Shown here one piece after another: positions 52,383-62,870 of a stretch of DNA of 64,000 nucleotides. Source of the stretch: an uncultured Pelagibacteraceae bacterium (GTDB lineage: Bacteria > Pseudomonadota > Alphaproteobacteria > Pelagibacterales > Pelagibacteraceae); assembly GCA_902579215.1 (NCBI GenBank), contig CACHGH010000002.1, forward strand, positions 36,494 through 100,493. The letters are read 5' to 3'. The first letter of the stretch is position 1; the number at the start of each line of letters is the position of its first letter. Below the pieces are notes generated by a model that saw nothing but the letters and a program-made list of their open reading frames with translations, was not told the origin of the DNA and searched no databases. Both the position numbers and the translations under genes were made by a program.

Positions 52383-52921
52383 TATTTTTTCTTTCCTTCT
52401 TTACGTAAAATATACTGACCTTGCTCCCTAATACCTTTACCTTTGTATGGTTCTGGTGGCCTAAATGACTTAATTTTAGAAACAACCATTCCCACTTCTT
52501 GCTTGTCAAAACCACTTATTTTTATAATAGTTTGTTTCTCAACAGCAATTTTAATATTTTCCGGTATATCAAAATTTATATCATGACTAAATCCAAGCTG
52601 AAGGTTTAATTGTTTTCCTTTTAAAGCAGCCCTAAAACCAACTCCGACAAGTTCTAATATTTTCTCGTAACCCTTTACTGAACCTATAATTGCATTGTTT
52701 AACAAGCTTCTATTCATTCCCCATAATCTTTTCGTATTTTGGTCAAGTTTTTTTGGCTTAATTGATATTTCCTTACCTTCATTTATTTTTAAGTCAAAAA
52801 CTTCTAAATCAATATTTAGTGATTTTTTTCCTAGAGGCCCTTCTACATTTATTATATTTCCTGTTAAAGCAACTTTAACTTTATCAGGAATAGAAATATT
52901 TATTTTACCAATTTTAGACAT
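52382..52921 (-). CDS. rplF: 50S ribosomal protein L6
   Basis: [20 protein letters not shown]. Confidence 0.97.
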   Translation of the reverse strand: MSKIGKINISIPDKVKVALTGNIINVEGPLGKKSLNIDLEVFDLKINEGKEISIKPKKLDQNTKRLWGMNRSLLNNAIIGSVKGYEKILELVGVGFRAALKGKQLNLQLGFSHDINFDIPENIKIAVEKQTIIKISGFDKQEVGMVVSKIKSFRPPEPYKGKGIREQGQYILRKEGKKK

Positions 52922-53316
52922 TAAAATACCTTACAAATTATTTCTCCACCAACTTTTTGTTTTCTAGCATCAATATCAGTCATAACTCCTTTTGGTGTTG
53001 ATATAATCGCTATACCTAAACCGTTATTAATCTTTGGTAAACTTTCTGCGCTTGAAAAAATTCGTCTTCCCGGTTTAGATACTCTTTCAATTGTACTGAT
53101 TACTGGGTTGCCTGAATGATATTTTAGGTCAATTTTTAATACTGATTTTGATGTTTCAGAATTTATACTATAATCAATTATGAAGCCTTCAATTTTTAAA
53201 ATTTCAGCTATTTTAGCTTTAAAATTTGATGAAGGTAACTCAACTTTTTTATGATTACGTATTTGGGCATTCTTAATTCTTGCAATCATATCTCCAATAG
53301 GGTCACTTAAACTCAT
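52921..53316 (-). CDS. rpsH: 30S ribosomal protein S8
   Basis: DPIGDMIARI.N, SKPGRR, STPKGVMT, GGE. Confidence 0.97.
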   Translation of the reverse strand: MSLSDPIGDMIARIKNAQIRNHKKVELPSSNFKAKIAEILKIEGFIIDYSINSETSKSVLKIDLKYHSGNPVISTIERVSKPGRRIFSSAESLPKINNGLGIAIISTPKGVMTDIDARKQKVGGEIICKVF

Positions 53317-53326
53317 AATTTCCTTT

Positions 53327-53632
53327 CTACCAACTTGATTTTACCATTCCTGGTATTTTTCCTTGCAAGCCTAGCTGTCTCAAAGCTATTCTTGATATTT
53401 TTAATTTTCTGTATACGCCGTGTGGTCTTCCAGTTATTTGGCATCTATTTCTTACTCTAATTTTTGCAGAATTTCTTGGGAGTTTTGAGAGTTTTTGTTG
53501 TGCTTTAAATCTTTCTTCAAGTGTTAATTTTTTATTCATAACAATTTTTTTTAGAGCTTTTCTTTTTTTTAAAAATTTGTCTGACAATCTTATTCTTCTG
53601 TTATTTTTATTTATTGAGCTTAACTTTGCCAT
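53327..53632 (-). CDS. rpsN: 30S ribosomal protein S14 (long, Zn-free type)
   Basis: RNRCQITGRP, SRI, PG..KSSW; 101 aa. Confidence 0.97.
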   Translation of the reverse strand: MAKLSSINKNNRRIRLSDKFLKKRKALKKIVMNKKLTLEERFKAQQKLSKLPRNSAKIRVRNRCQITGRPHGVYRKLKISRIALRQLGLQGKIPGMVKSSW

Positions 53633-53634
53633 GT

Positions 53635-54189
53635 TTAATTATCTCCTTTTTTTATGAATGGAAAATTTAATTTTTCTAATAATTCAACACTATGTTCTTT
53701 TTTTAGAGATGAGATAACTATAGTAATATCCAAACCTCTAATTTTATCAGCTTTATCAAAATTTACTTCTGGAAAAATTATATGTTCTTTGACGCCAAAT
53801 GTATAACTTCCGAATTTATCAAATCCATTTGCTGAAAGTCCTCTAAAATCCTTTATTCTTGGTAGCGCTATATTAACTAGTCTATCAATAAATTCGTACA
53901 TTTTATTTTTACGCAAAGTTACTTTAAGACCAGCGTTTGAATTTTTTCTCGTTTTAAAATTTGATATAGATTTTTTAAATTTTGTTATTACTGGTCTCTG
54001 CCCTGCAATTAAAGCGAGATCTTCTTGACAAGATTTCAAAATTTTTGAGTCATTACCATCAACTCCAAGACCCATATTTATAACTACTTTTTGAATCTTC
54101 GGACCCATATATAAATTTTTAAAACCAAACTTTTGCTTAATATTTGGCAATATCTCTTTTTTATATAATTCCTTTAATCTTGGTATCAT
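53635..54189 (-). CDS. rplE: 50S ribosomal protein L5
   Basis: [23 protein letters not shown]. Confidence 0.97.
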   Translation of the reverse strand: MIPRLKELYKKEILPNIKQKFGFKNLYMGPKIQKVVINMGLGVDGNDSKILKSCQEDLALIAGQRPVITKFKKSISNFKTRKNSNAGLKVTLRKNKMYEFIDRLVNIALPRIKDFRGLSANGFDKFGSYTFGVKEHIIFPEVNFDKADKIRGLDITIVISSLKKEHSVELLEKLNFPFIKKGDN

Positions 54190-54431
54190 TTCTTAGCCTC
54201 TTTTTTAGTAGTTTTTTTATCATCTATTATTGCAAGATTTGAAATATGTAAAAAATTTTCTTTGGATATTATTCCACCCTTTTTCTCTTTTGTTGTTTTA
54301 ACATGTTTTTTTATAAGATTTATTCCTTTAATTTTTGCTCTATTATTTTGTCTATCAATCTGTATCACCTCGCCATCTTTATTTTTGTCCTTACCTGTTA
54401 AAACTTTTACCTTGGTTCCTTTTTTAATCAT
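54186..54431 (-). CDS. rplX: 50S ribosomal protein L24 (short)
   Basis: KKG..V.VLTGKDK KOW motif, GGI, HISN. Confidence 0.95.
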   Translation of the reverse strand: MIKKGTKVKVLTGKDKNKDGEVIQIDRQNNRAKIKGINLIKKHVKTTKEKKGGIISKENFLHISNLAIIDDKKTTKKEAKK

Positions 54432-54433
54432 TT

Positions 54434-54802
54434 TTAAAGTACCTCCGGCGCTAATGATATAATTTTCATTTGCCCTCTATTTCTTAATTCTCTCGTAACT
54501 GGTCCAAAAATTCTTGTACCTACTGGTTCGCCTTTTTCATCAACAAGTACAGCGGCATTATTATCAAATTTAACTTTTGACCCATCGTCTCTGTGTATTC
54601 CTTTTTTTACTCTTACAATAACAGCTTTGTGAACTGAACCTTTTTTAACTTTTCCTTTTGGGATAGCTTCCTTTACAGCAATAACTATAGTGTCACCTAT
54701 ACTAGCATATCTTCTTTTCGATCCACCTAAAACTTTTATGCATTCAATTTTTTTTGCACCTGTATTATCAGCAACTAGAAGTTCTGTTTGTATCTGTATC
54801 AT
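54434..54802 (-). CDS. rplN: 50S ribosomal protein L14
   Basis: [30 protein letters not shown]. Confidence 0.98.
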   Translation of the reverse strand: MIQIQTELLVADNTGAKKIECIKVLGGSKRRYASIGDTIVIAVKEAIPKGKVKKGSVHKAVIVRVKKGIHRDDGSKVKFDNNAAVLVDEKGEPVGTRIFGPVTRELRNRGQMKIISLAPEVL

Positions 54803-55035
54803 TATTTACTCTCCATAACTTGAAATTTTTTATTTTTCGAAAATGGCTTACTTTCAATTATTGAAACCTTGTCACCATTTTTAAATTTATTATTTTCATC
54901 ATGTGCATTATATTTTTTTTTAACTTTTATAACTTTCTTTAAATATGGGTGTTGATATTTTCTCTCAACCATAACTGTTATTGTTTTGTTCGGTTTGTCA
55001 CTCACTACTATTCCTGACAATATTTTTTTAGGCAT
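54802..55035 (-). CDS. rpsQ: 30S ribosomal protein S17
   Basis: GIVVSDK..KTI, HDE, GD.V.I.E..P.SK.K. Confidence 0.96.
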   Translation of the reverse strand: MPKKILSGIVVSDKPNKTITVMVERKYQHPYLKKVIKVKKKYNAHDENNKFKNGDKVSIIESKPFSKNKKFQVMESK

Positions 55036-55219
55036 TGTATTTTCCTTTCAATAATGTCTTAATTCTTGCTATATTTTTTTTAGTTTCGTTAATTTTTGAT
55101 GGATTTGTTATCTGAGAATTTATTTTTTGAAATCTAAAATTAAATAAATCTTTTTTAAATTTTTCAAGATTTTTTAAGGCTTGATCTTTAGTAAGTTTTT
55201 TTATTTCGTTTCTTTTCAT
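55028..55219 (-). CDS. rpmC: 50S ribosomal protein L29
   Basis: LFNFRFQ…IARIKT; position in the S10 cluster. Confidence 0.93.
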   Translation of the reverse strand: MKRNEIKKLTKDQALKNLEKFKKDLFNFRFQKINSQITNPSKINETKKNIARIKTLLKGKYNA

Positions 55220-55220
55220 T

Positions 55221-55631
55221 TTAAGTAAATCTTTTAATTATTTTGGTTTTTATTGGTAATTTTGCAGACGCTTTATATAAAGCCTCTTTTGCGACTTCTT
55301 CTGATACTCCATCTACTTCAAATAAAATTCTTCCAGGTTTAACTCTGCATGCCCAATACTCTGGTGAACCTTTTCCTTTACCCATTCTAACTTCTACCGG
55401 CTTTTTTGAAACAGGAATATTTGGAAAGATTCTTGTCCAAACTCTTCCTTGTCTTTTCATATGTCTTGTTAAAGCAACTCTAGCTGCTTCAATTTGTTTT
55501 GATATAACTCTATCTGGCTGAATAGCTTTTAAACCGTAAGCGCCATAGTTCATAAAATTACATCTTGAGGCTTTGCCGTGAATTCTGCCTTTGTGTGCTT
55601 TTCTATATTTTGTTCTAGTTGGTTGTAACAT
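55221..55631 (-). CDS. rplP: 50S ribosomal protein L16
   Basis: MLQP.RTK, QIEAAR, RMGKGKG. Confidence 0.97.
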   Translation of the reverse strand: MLQPTRTKYRKAHKGRIHGKASRCNFMNYGAYGLKAIQPDRVISKQIEAARVALTRHMKRQGRVWTRIFPNIPVSKKPVEVRMGKGKGSPEYWACRVKPGRILFEVDGVSEEVAKEALYKASAKLPIKTKIIKRFT

Positions 55632-55633
55632 AA

Positions 55634-56293
55634 TTATTTCTTATTGGTTTCTTGGCTAAATTCTTTAGCAAATACTTCTCCTTTGTAAATCCACACTTTA
55701 ATTCCTATTATGCCATAAGTAGTTAGAGCTTCAGACTCTGCATAATCAATATCCGCTCTTAAAGTGTGAGATGGTATACTTCCTTCACGTAACCATTCTG
55801 TTCTTGCTATTTCATTCCCACCTAGTCTACCACTTATTGATACCTTTATACCTTTGGCACCTAATCTTAAAGCTGACTGCATGGCTCTTTTCATTGCTCT
55901 CCTATATGAAATTCTTTTTACTAACTGTTGTGCTATATTTTCAGCAACTAAAAAACTGTTTGTTTCAGGTTTTTTAACTTCTTTAATATTTAAATTAACT
56001 TCATTTTTTGTAAGCTTAGATAATTTATTTTTAATTTTTTCTATATCACTTCCTTTTTTTCCAATTACAAAACCTGGTCTAGAAGTGTAAATTGTAACAA
56101 AACACTTTTTTGAAGTTCTCTCTATCATTACTTTAGAAACACCAGAGTTAATAACGTTATTTTTAATATATTTTCTAATATTAAAATCTTCAATTAAGTA
56201 ACTTCCAAAATCTTTTTTCTTAGCGTACCATACAGAGTCCCATCCCCTGTTGATTCCTAGTCTTAAACCTACTGGATTAACTTTTTGTCCCAT
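55634..56293 (-). CDS. rpsC: 30S ribosomal protein S3
   Basis: MGQKVNP.G.RLG, PG.VIGKKG, GRLGG.EIAR. Confidence 0.97.
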   Translation of the reverse strand: MGQKVNPVGLRLGINRGWDSVWYAKKKDFGSYLIEDFNIRKYIKNNVINSGVSKVMIERTSKKCFVTIYTSRPGFVIGKKGSDIEKIKNKLSKLTKNEVNLNIKEVKKPETNSFLVAENIAQQLVKRISYRRAMKRAMQSALRLGAKGIKVSISGRLGGNEIARTEWLREGSIPSHTLRADIDYAESEALTTYGIIGIKVWIYKGEVFAKEFSQETNKK

Positions 56294-56672
56294 GGGCCTC
56301 CATTTTTTTTGATTCAGATAAAATTATCGTTACATTAGAATAAGGTTTCAATATTGGTGCAGCTCTACCTTTTGCTCTAGCTCTAAATCTTTTCATTACA
56401 ATTTGTTTACCGCAGAAAGCTTCTTTAACAATTAATCTATCAATATCGTATTGAAAATTATTTTCAGCATTAGCTACTGCTGAAGAAATAGTTTTCTTTA
56501 TATCTTTTGATATTCTTTTATCTGAAAAAGTTAGATCTCTTAATGCTATATCTACTTTTTTTCCAACTATTCCTTTTAGAATAGGATTTAACTTTCTAAC
56601 GCTAGATCTTACATTTTTATTAATTGATTTTACAAATTTACCTTTATTAACTTCTTTTTTCTTTTTGCTCAT
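56277..56672 (-). CDS. rplV: 50S ribosomal protein L22
   Basis: [23 protein letters not shown] at 56672; the ORF-track N-terminal extension overlaps rpsS. Confidence 0.95.
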   Translation of the reverse strand: MSKKKKEVNKGKFVKSINKNVRSSVRKLNPILKGIVGKKVDIALRDLTFSDKRISKDIKKTISSAVANAENNFQYDIDRLIVKEAFCGKQIVMKRFRARAKGRAAPILKPYSNVTIILSESKKMEAHGTKS

Positions 56673-56673
56673 T

Positions 56674-56994
56674 CTATTTACTATCTTTCTTGTCCCCTGG
56701 TGTTGTTGTTTTAGCTTCTTGAGCTGCTTTTTTATCAGCTGGTGTATGTCCAGCAAATGTTCTTGTTGGCGCAAATTCACCTAATTTGTGACCAACCATA
56801 TCTTCAGATACAGTAATGGGTATAAATTTTCTTCCATTGTAGATCAAAAAGCTTAAACCAACAAACTCTGGAATTATTGTTGATTTTCTTGACCAAGTTT
56901 TTATTGGTTTTCTATTTGTGTCGTTTTTTTGTTTTTCTGCTTTTTTTATCAAGCTTTCTTCTACAAACGGACCTTTCCAAACTGCTCTTGCCAT
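56674..56994 (-). CDS. rpsS: 30S ribosomal protein S19
   Basis: [25 protein letters not shown]. Confidence 0.97.
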   Translation of the reverse strand: MARAVWKGPFVEESLIKKAEKQKNDTNRKPIKTWSRKSTIIPEFVGLSFLIYNGRKFIPITVSEDMVGHKLGEFAPTRTFAGHTPADKKAAQEAKTTTPGDKKDSK

Positions 56995-57000
56995 AATTTT

Positions 57001-57834
57001 CTATTCTTTCTTTTTCTTTCTTCTTCTTATAATAAATTTATCTGTTCTCTTATTGTCTCTTGTTTTTAAACCTTTTGCTGATTGGCCTTTTCTGGATACT
57101 GGGTGCCTTCCACCAGCAGATTTACCTTCACCACCTCCATGTGGGTGATCAACTGGATTCATAACAACACCTCTTGTATGTGGTCTTCTACCTAACCATC
57201 TAGATCTTCCAGCTTTTCCAATTTTAATATTTTTTTGATCTGGATTTGAAAGAACGCCAATTGTTGCCATTGATCTTGAATCGATTTTTCTAACCTCGCC
57301 AGATGTCATTTTTATTAATGAATAATTTCCATCTATTCCTGATATAGTCACAGACGTACCTGCTGATCTAGCAATTTTACCGCCTGCACCTGGCTGAATC
57401 TCAACGTTATGTATATTAATACCGACAGGTATGTCTCTTAAAGGCATAGCATTACCAACCTTGATTTCTTTTTTTGATCCACTTTCAATTTTGTCTCCAA
57501 TTTTAATTTTTTGAGGAGCTAAGTAATAGGCATGACTTCCATCATCAAATTTAACAAGCATTATATAACAAGACCTGTTTGGATCGTATTCAATACGCTC
57601 TACAACAGCTGATATATCGAATTTTTTTCTATAAAAATCAACTTGTCGATACTTTTGTTTATGACCTCCAGCTCTATTTCTAGAAGTTATATGTCCATTG
57701 TTATTTCTGCCTTTAGAAGAGTATTTTGTTGTTACAAGAGATTTTAAAGGTTTTCCCTTCCAAAGATTAGATCTATCAACAAGGATCGTTCCTCGAGTAG
57801 ATTTTGTATATGGTTTAAAAGTTTTAAGTGACAT
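57001..57834 (-). CDS. rplB: 50S ribosomal protein L2
   Basis: GRNNNG, IEYDPNRS, MNPVDHPHGGGEG. Confidence 0.98.
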   Translation of the reverse strand: MSLKTFKPYTKSTRGTILVDRSNLWKGKPLKSLVTTKYSSKGRNNNGHITSRNRAGGHKQKYRQVDFYRKKFDISAVVERIEYDPNRSCYIMLVKFDDGSHAYYLAPQKIKIGDKIESGSKKEIKVGNAMPLRDIPVGINIHNVEIQPGAGGKIARSAGTSVTISGIDGNYSLIKMTSGEVRKIDSRSMATIGVLSNPDQKNIKIGKAGRSRWLGRRPHTRGVVMNPVDHPHGGGEGKSAGGRHPVSRKGQSAKGLKTRDNKRTDKFIIRRRKKKKE

Positions 57835-57837
57835 AAA

Positions 57838-58131
57838 TTAAATTCCTGTTGTTAAATCAATACTTTGACCTTTTTTTAATGTAATTATAGCTTTTTTATA
57901 TCCTGATACTTTAATCTTTCTTCCTCTGGTTAGTTTTGTTCTAGCTTGTTTGTTTATAATATTAATTTTAGTTACATTAACTTTAAATATTTTTTCTATG
58001 CTTTTCTTAAGATTGTTTTTATTCGCTTTATTTGGAACCTTAAAAGTAACTTTATTTTGTGACGACAAATTAGTAGATTTTTCTGTCACAATTGGGAATA
58101 AAATTTTATCAAATAAATTTATCTTTTCCAT
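57838..58131 (-). CDS. rplW: 50S ribosomal protein L23
   Basis: PIVTEKS, ANK, F.V.V, KKAI.TL; ATG at 58131 preferred. Confidence 0.95.
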   Translation of the reverse strand: MEKINLFDKILFPIVTEKSTNLSSQNKVTFKVPNKANKNNLKKSIEKIFKVNVTKINIINKQARTKLTRGRKIKVSGYKKAIITLKKGQSIDLTTGI

Positions 58132-58132
58132 T

Positions 58133-58756
58133 TTATTCATACCTCTTTTGTAATTCTTTTACTGATGCTTCTGTAAATACAATTTTATTATATCTTACAA
58201 TATCGACTATATTAAAATGATTTGTATCGCTAACTTTAATATTAGATATATTTCTCAATGATTTAAATATTTTATTTTTAGATTCTTGGTCTAAAATAAT
58301 TAAAGAATTAGTTATATTTAGTTTGTTAAGAATTAAATTCATTTCTTTAGTTTTTTTTATTTCTTTTTCAAAATTATTAAGTATTACGAGATTATTAAGA
58401 TTTCTTTTTTCAGTTATCAAAGAAGTGATACTCAATTTTTTTTCATTTTTTGTGATTTTTCTTTTTTTATATTGAGATTGACCTTTTGGACCATGTGCTA
58501 CACCACCGCCAACAAAGATTGGTGCTTTCCTGCTAGCGTGTCTTGCGTTTCCAGTTCCTTTTTGTGCCCATATTTTAGCAGTTGATCCGATGATTTCATT
58601 TTTTTGTTTTGTCTTAGCTTTTCTACCTTTAAAATTAGCATTTGTTGTATATAAAACTTTATCAACTAATTTTTTATTAATCTTTCCTGAGAAAATTTTA
58701 TCTAAAACTTCTATTGAAGTTTTTTTTCCATCAATGCTTATTTTATCTAATTTCAT
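58133..58756 (-). CDS. rplD: 50S ribosomal protein L4
   Basis: QKGTGNARH, GGGVAHGP. Confidence 0.96.
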   Translation of the reverse strand: MKLDKISIDGKKTSIEVLDKIFSGKINKKLVDKVLYTTNANFKGRKAKTKQKNEIIGSTAKIWAQKGTGNARHASRKAPIFVGGGVAHGPKGQSQYKKRKITKNEKKLSITSLITEKRNLNNLVILNNFEKEIKKTKEMNLILNKLNITNSLIILDQESKNKIFKSLRNISNIKVSDTNHFNIVDIVRYNKIVFTEASVKELQKRYE

Positions 58757-58757
58757 T

Positions 58758-59471
58758 TTATTTCTTCTTTTTTTTCTCTGGTACTTTTTTTGCTTTTTCC
58801 ATTACTTCAATTTTTTCTTGAATTGTTAGTTTTCTTAAATTTTTAGCTGCTTTTTTCACCATTACTTCTGTATTTTTGGATCCTGGAATTGATCCTTTAA
58901 GGTACAAAAGACTATTTTCTAAGTCTGATTTTATAATTTCAATATTCTGTATTGTTCTTAATTTATCACCCATATGTCCTGCCATCTTTTTTCCTTTAAA
59001 AACCTTACCAGGATCTTGTCTTTGTCCAGTTGAACCATGGGATCTATGAGAAACTGAGACACCGTGTGTTGCTCTTAGGCCAGAAAAATTATGTCTTTTC
59101 ATTGCTCCAGCAAAGCCTTTTCCTATTGTTTTTGATCTCACATCAACAAATTTAACATCTTTAAATATTTCTAAACCAAACTCGTTGCCAGTTTTGTAAC
59201 TTTCAATATTAATAACTCTAAATTCTTTTATTTTTTTCTTTGGCTCGGTGTTCTTTTTTGTATAAAAACCTTTCATTGCTTTTGTTAATCTAGAAGCTTT
59301 AATTTTTCCAAAACCAACTTGAATTGCTTGATAACCTCTTTTTTCTTTATTTATAACATCAATGACTCTAGCTTTTTCCATTTTAACAACAGTTACAGGT
59401 ACCGATTGACCGCTTTTATAAAACTCTCGTGTCATTCCAATTTTTTTTCCTAATAAAGCTATTTCTGTCAT
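58758..59471 (-). CDS. rplC: 50S ribosomal protein L3
   Basis: [25 protein letters not shown]. Confidence 0.97.
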   Translation of the reverse strand: MTEIALLGKKIGMTREFYKSGQSVPVTVVKMEKARVIDVINKEKRGYQAIQVGFGKIKASRLTKAMKGFYTKKNTEPKKKIKEFRVINIESYKTGNEFGLEIFKDVKFVDVRSKTIGKGFAGAMKRHNFSGLRATHGVSVSHRSHGSTGQRQDPGKVFKGKKMAGHMGDKLRTIQNIEIIKSDLENSLLYLKGSIPGSKNTEVMVKKAAKNLRKLTIQEKIEVMEKAKKVPEKKKKK

Positions 59472-59474
59472 AAA

Positions 59475-59783
59475 TTATAATTTAATTTCAACATCAACAC
59501 CTGAAGCTAAATCCAATTTCATTAGAGCTTCTACTGTTTGTGGTGTTGGTTCAATAATATCTATTAACCTCTTATGTGTTCTAGTTTCAAATTGCTCTCT
59601 GCTTTTTTTATCTATATGAGGTGATCTCAAAACTGTATATTTTTCTTTTTTGGTTGGTAGTGGTATCGGCCCTTTAATATTTGCTCCCGTTCTTTTTACT
59701 GTGTTAACTATTTCTTCAGTAGATTGATCTAAAATTTTGTTATCGTATGCTCGTAATTTTATTCTAATATTTTGCTTTTCCAT
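59475..59783 (-). CDS. rpsJ: 30S ribosomal protein S10
   Basis: [28 protein letters not shown]. Confidence 0.98.
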   Translation of the reverse strand: MEKQNIRIKLRAYDNKILDQSTEEIVNTVKRTGANIKGPIPLPTKKEKYTVLRSPHIDKKSREQFETRTHKRLIDIIEPTPQTVEALMKLDLASGVDVEIKL

Positions 59784-59784
59784 A

Positions 59785-61863
59785 TTAACCTGCTATTTTC
59801 TTAGTTACTTCATCTTGAACATTTTGTGGTACTTTTGAGTAATGATCAAAAAACATTGAGTACTGAGCTCTTCCTTGTGACATAGATCGAAGATTATTTA
59901 TATAACCAAACATGTTTGCTAGGGGAACCATAGCTGTAATAACAGTTGCATTACCTCTTTGTTCCTGAGTGTTAATTTGTCCTCTTCTACTATTTAGATC
60001 TCCTATTACATCGCCCATGTAATCTTCAGGTGTAACAACTTCAACTCTCATAACTGGTTCTAACAATTTAAGCGTTCCTCTTGTGCACGCTTCTTTAAAA
60101 CATGCACGAGAAGCTAATTCAAACGCCAAAACACTTGAGTCAACGTCATGGTGTAAACCATCTAAGATTGTTACTTTGTAATCGATTATTGGAAACCCTG
60201 CTAAAATTCCATTATCAGAAACAGTTTCAATCCCTTTTTCTACTCCAGGTATAAATTCTTTAGGTATAGCTCCACCTTTAATTTTGCTTTCAACCTGTCT
60301 ACCAGCACCAGGTTCTAGTGGTTCTACTGACAATTTAACCCTAGCAAATTGTCCAGCTCCACCGCTTTGTTTTTTATGAGTATAATCAAATTCTGTTGTA
60401 TTTTGTATAGTCTCTCTATATGCAACTTGTGGCGCACCAACATTAGCCTCAACTTTGAATTCTCTTTTCATTCTATCAACAATAATATCTAAATGAAGTT
60501 CTCCCATACCTTTTATTATTGTTTGTCCAGATTCTTCGTCTGATGTTACTCTAAATGATGGATCTTCTTTTGCTAATCTTCCTAATGCTTCGCCCATTTT
60601 TTCTTGGTCAGCTTTTGTTTTAGGTTCGACAGCAATTTCAATAACAGGGTCTGGAAATTCCATAGGTTCTAAAAGTACAGGTTTGTCTTCTTCAGCTAGT
60701 GTATGTCCAGTAATTGTATATTTTAATCCAGCTAAAGCTACGATATCACCTGTGTTAGCTTCTTTTATATCTTCTCTAGAATTTGCATGCATTAAAAGCA
60801 TTCGGCCAACTCTTTCTTCTTTATCTTTAGAGGTATTATAAATACCTGTTCCAGCTTTAATGGTACCAGAGTAAATTCTAATAAATGTCAAAGATCCTAC
60901 GAATGGATCATTAGCTACTTTAAAAGCTAGTGCAGAAAATGGAGCATTATCTTCAAATTTCATTTCCATTTCTTCCTCGGTACCAGGTTTTGTGCCTTTT
61001 ATAGATCCAATATCAACTGGACTTGGAAGATAGTCTACAACAGCGTCTAATAAAGGTTGAACACCTTTGTTTTTAAAAGCAGAACCAGTTAGAACTGGTA
61101 CAAAGTCAAAATTTAAACATCCTTTTCTAATACATTTAATTAAATCATTTTCTTTAATCTCATCACCATTTAGGTAGCTTTCCATGAGTTTTTCATCCTG
61201 CTCTACAGCTGTTTCGACTAATTCTTGTCTATATTTTTTAGCAATCTCTTTCAGATCCTCAGGTATATCTTTAATTTCAAATTCAGCTCCTAAAGTTTCA
61301 TCTTTCCAAAGAACTGCTTTCATCTTAACTAAATCAACAATCCCTTGTAAGGAAGCTTCTATTCCAACAGGTATTTGCATTACTAATGGCTTAGCACCTA
61401 GTCTTTCTTTAATCATGTCAACGCATCTAAAAAAATCAGCTCCTGTTCTATCAAGTTTATTAACAAAACATATTCTTGGAACTTTATATTTATCAGCTTG
61501 TCTCCAAACAGTTTCTGATTGAGGCTCAACACCCGCAACACCATCAAAAACAGCAACTGCTCCATCTAAAACTTTTAAAGATCTCTCAACTTCGATTGTA
61601 AAATCAACATGGCCTGGTGTATCAATAATATTAATTCTGTGTTCTCTCCAAAAACAGGTAGTTGCAGCTGAAGTGATTGTTATACCTCTTTCTTGCTCCT
61701 GTTCCATCCAATCCATGGTTGCTGCTCCATCATGGACTTCTCCAATTTTATGACTTTTTCCAGTATAATATAAAACTCTTTCTGTTGTAGTTGTTTTTCC
61801 GGCATCTATGTGTGCCATGATTCCAATGTTTCTATATTTATCTAATTTATGGGTTCTAGGCAT
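59785..61863 (-). CDS. fusA: Elongation factor G
   Basis: [30 protein letters not shown]. Confidence 0.98.
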   Translation of the reverse strand: MPRTHKLDKYRNIGIMAHIDAGKTTTTERVLYYTGKSHKIGEVHDGAATMDWMEQEQERGITITSAATTCFWREHRINIIDTPGHVDFTIEVERSLKVLDGAVAVFDGVAGVEPQSETVWRQADKYKVPRICFVNKLDRTGADFFRCVDMIKERLGAKPLVMQIPVGIEASLQGIVDLVKMKAVLWKDETLGAEFEIKDIPEDLKEIAKKYRQELVETAVEQDEKLMESYLNGDEIKENDLIKCIRKGCLNFDFVPVLTGSAFKNKGVQPLLDAVVDYLPSPVDIGSIKGTKPGTEEEMEMKFEDNAPFSALAFKVANDPFVGSLTFIRIYSGTIKAGTGIYNTSKDKEERVGRMLLMHANSREDIKEANTGDIVALAGLKYTITGHTLAEEDKPVLLEPMEFPDPVIEIAVEPKTKADQEKMGEALGRLAKEDPSFRVTSDEESGQTIIKGMGELHLDIIVDRMKREFKVEANVGAPQVAYRETIQNTTEFDYTHKKQSGGAGQFARVKLSVEPLEPGAGRQVESKIKGGAIPKEFIPGVEKGIETVSDNGILAGFPIIDYKVTILDGLHHDVDSSVLAFELASRACFKEACTRGTLKLLEPVMRVEVVTPEDYMGDVIGDLNSRRGQINTQEQRGNATVITAMVPLANMFGYINNLRSMSQGRAQYSMFFDHYSKVPQNVQDEVTKKIAG

Positions 61864-61869
61864 AATTTT

Positions 61870-62340
61870 TTACCATCTAAAGTGAGCAAAAGCTTTGTTT
61901 GACTCTGCCATTTTGTGAGTATCTTCTTTTTTTTTTACTGCTGATCCTTTATTTTGATAAGCATCAAATATTTCGTTAAAAATTTTATCAGACATCTTTT
62001 TATCTTTACGTTTTCTTGAAGCATCTATTAACCATCTTAATGCCAATGCTTGAGATCTCTTTGATTTAACTTCGACTGGAACTTGGTATGTAGCGCCACC
62101 AACTCTTCTAGATCTAACTTCCACAGTTGGTTTTAAGTTATTTATTGCATCGTTAAATATCTTGATTGGTTCATCTTTGCTCTTTGATTTAATTTTCTCA
62201 ATAGCATCATACACTATCTTTTCTGCGACAGTTTTTTTTCCATCATACATGATTGAATTAATTAACTTTGGTATAATATTTGATTTATATACTGGATCTA
62301 CTATAGGTATTTTTTTAGGTGCTTTTTTTTTTCTAGACAT
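61870..62340 (-). CDS. rpsG: 30S ribosomal protein S7
   Basis: [24 protein letters not shown]. Confidence 0.98.
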   Translation of the reverse strand: MSRKKKAPKKIPIVDPVYKSNIIPKLINSIMYDGKKTVAEKIVYDAIEKIKSKSKDEPIKIFNDAINNLKPTVEVRSRRVGGATYQVPVEVKSKRSQALALRWLIDASRKRKDKKMSDKIFNEIFDAYQNKGSAVKKKEDTHKMAESNKAFAHFRW

Positions 62341-62342
62341 TG

Positions 62343-62714
62343 TTATTTACCCTTCTTTGCACCATACTTAGATCGTTGTTGTTTTCTTGCTGTTACGCCT
62401 TGCGTATCTAAGTTTCCTCTTAAAATATGATATCTTACTCCAGGTAAATCTTTTACTCTTCCACCTCTTATTAATACTACAGAGTGTTCTTGTAAATTAT
62501 GACCTTCTCCTGGTATATAAGAAGTTACTTCATGACCGTTTGACAATCTAACTCTTGCAACTTTTCTTAAAGCAGAATTAGGTTTTTTTGGAGTAGTTGT
62601 ATAAACTTTCACACACACACCTCTTTTTTGTGGTGATTTTTCTAAAGCAGGAACTTTATCCCTTGCTTTTACTTTAGTTCTTTTTTTTCTCAACAACTGG
62701 TTAATTGTAGGCAT
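62343..62714 (-). CDS. rpsL: 30S ribosomal protein S12
   Basis: [27 protein letters not shown]. Confidence 0.98.
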   Translation of the reverse strand: MPTINQLLRKKRTKVKARDKVPALEKSPQKRGVCVKVYTTTPKKPNSALRKVARVRLSNGHEVTSYIPGEGHNLQEHSVVLIRGGRVKDLPGVRYHILRGNLDTQGVTARKQQRSKYGAKKGK

Positions 62715-62743
62715 AATTAATTTTATATTTGTATTTTTGATGA

Positions 62744-62806
62744 AATAACTGACAGGTTATTAGTGGCAGCGTTTAGTGCTTAATGCACTACATTCCAACC
62801 AAAAAA
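62744..62806 (-). promoter_or_regulatory. Structured rpsL 5' leader RNA (putative ribosomal-protein autoregulatory element)
   Basis: Hairpin UAGUGC-AUUAA-GCACUA (62774-62790) inside an outer stem UUGGUUGG/CCACUAA, followed by hairpin AAUAAC-CUGUCA-GUUAUU (62744-62761). Locally GC-richer than other intergenic DNA. Confidence 0.65.
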
Positions 62807-62813
62807 TATCGCC

Positions 62814-62841
62814 AAAATACTATAGAATTACACTTTGTCAA
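62814..62841 (-). promoter_or_regulatory. Putative sigma70 promoter of the str operon
   Basis: TTGACA-16 nt-TATTTT on the minus strand, just upstream of the rpsL leader. Confidence 0.55.
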
Positions 62842-62870
62842 ATTTAAAAGAGAGAAAAATGAAGCTATTT

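Noticed and set aside
56672-56780. 36-aa N-terminal extension of L22 in the ORF track
   Set aside because: Overlaps rpsS out of frame; the ATG at 56672 gives a normal L22.
62343-62714. Streptomycin-resistance alleles in rpsL
   Set aside because: PKKPNS and RVKDLP motifs are wild type.
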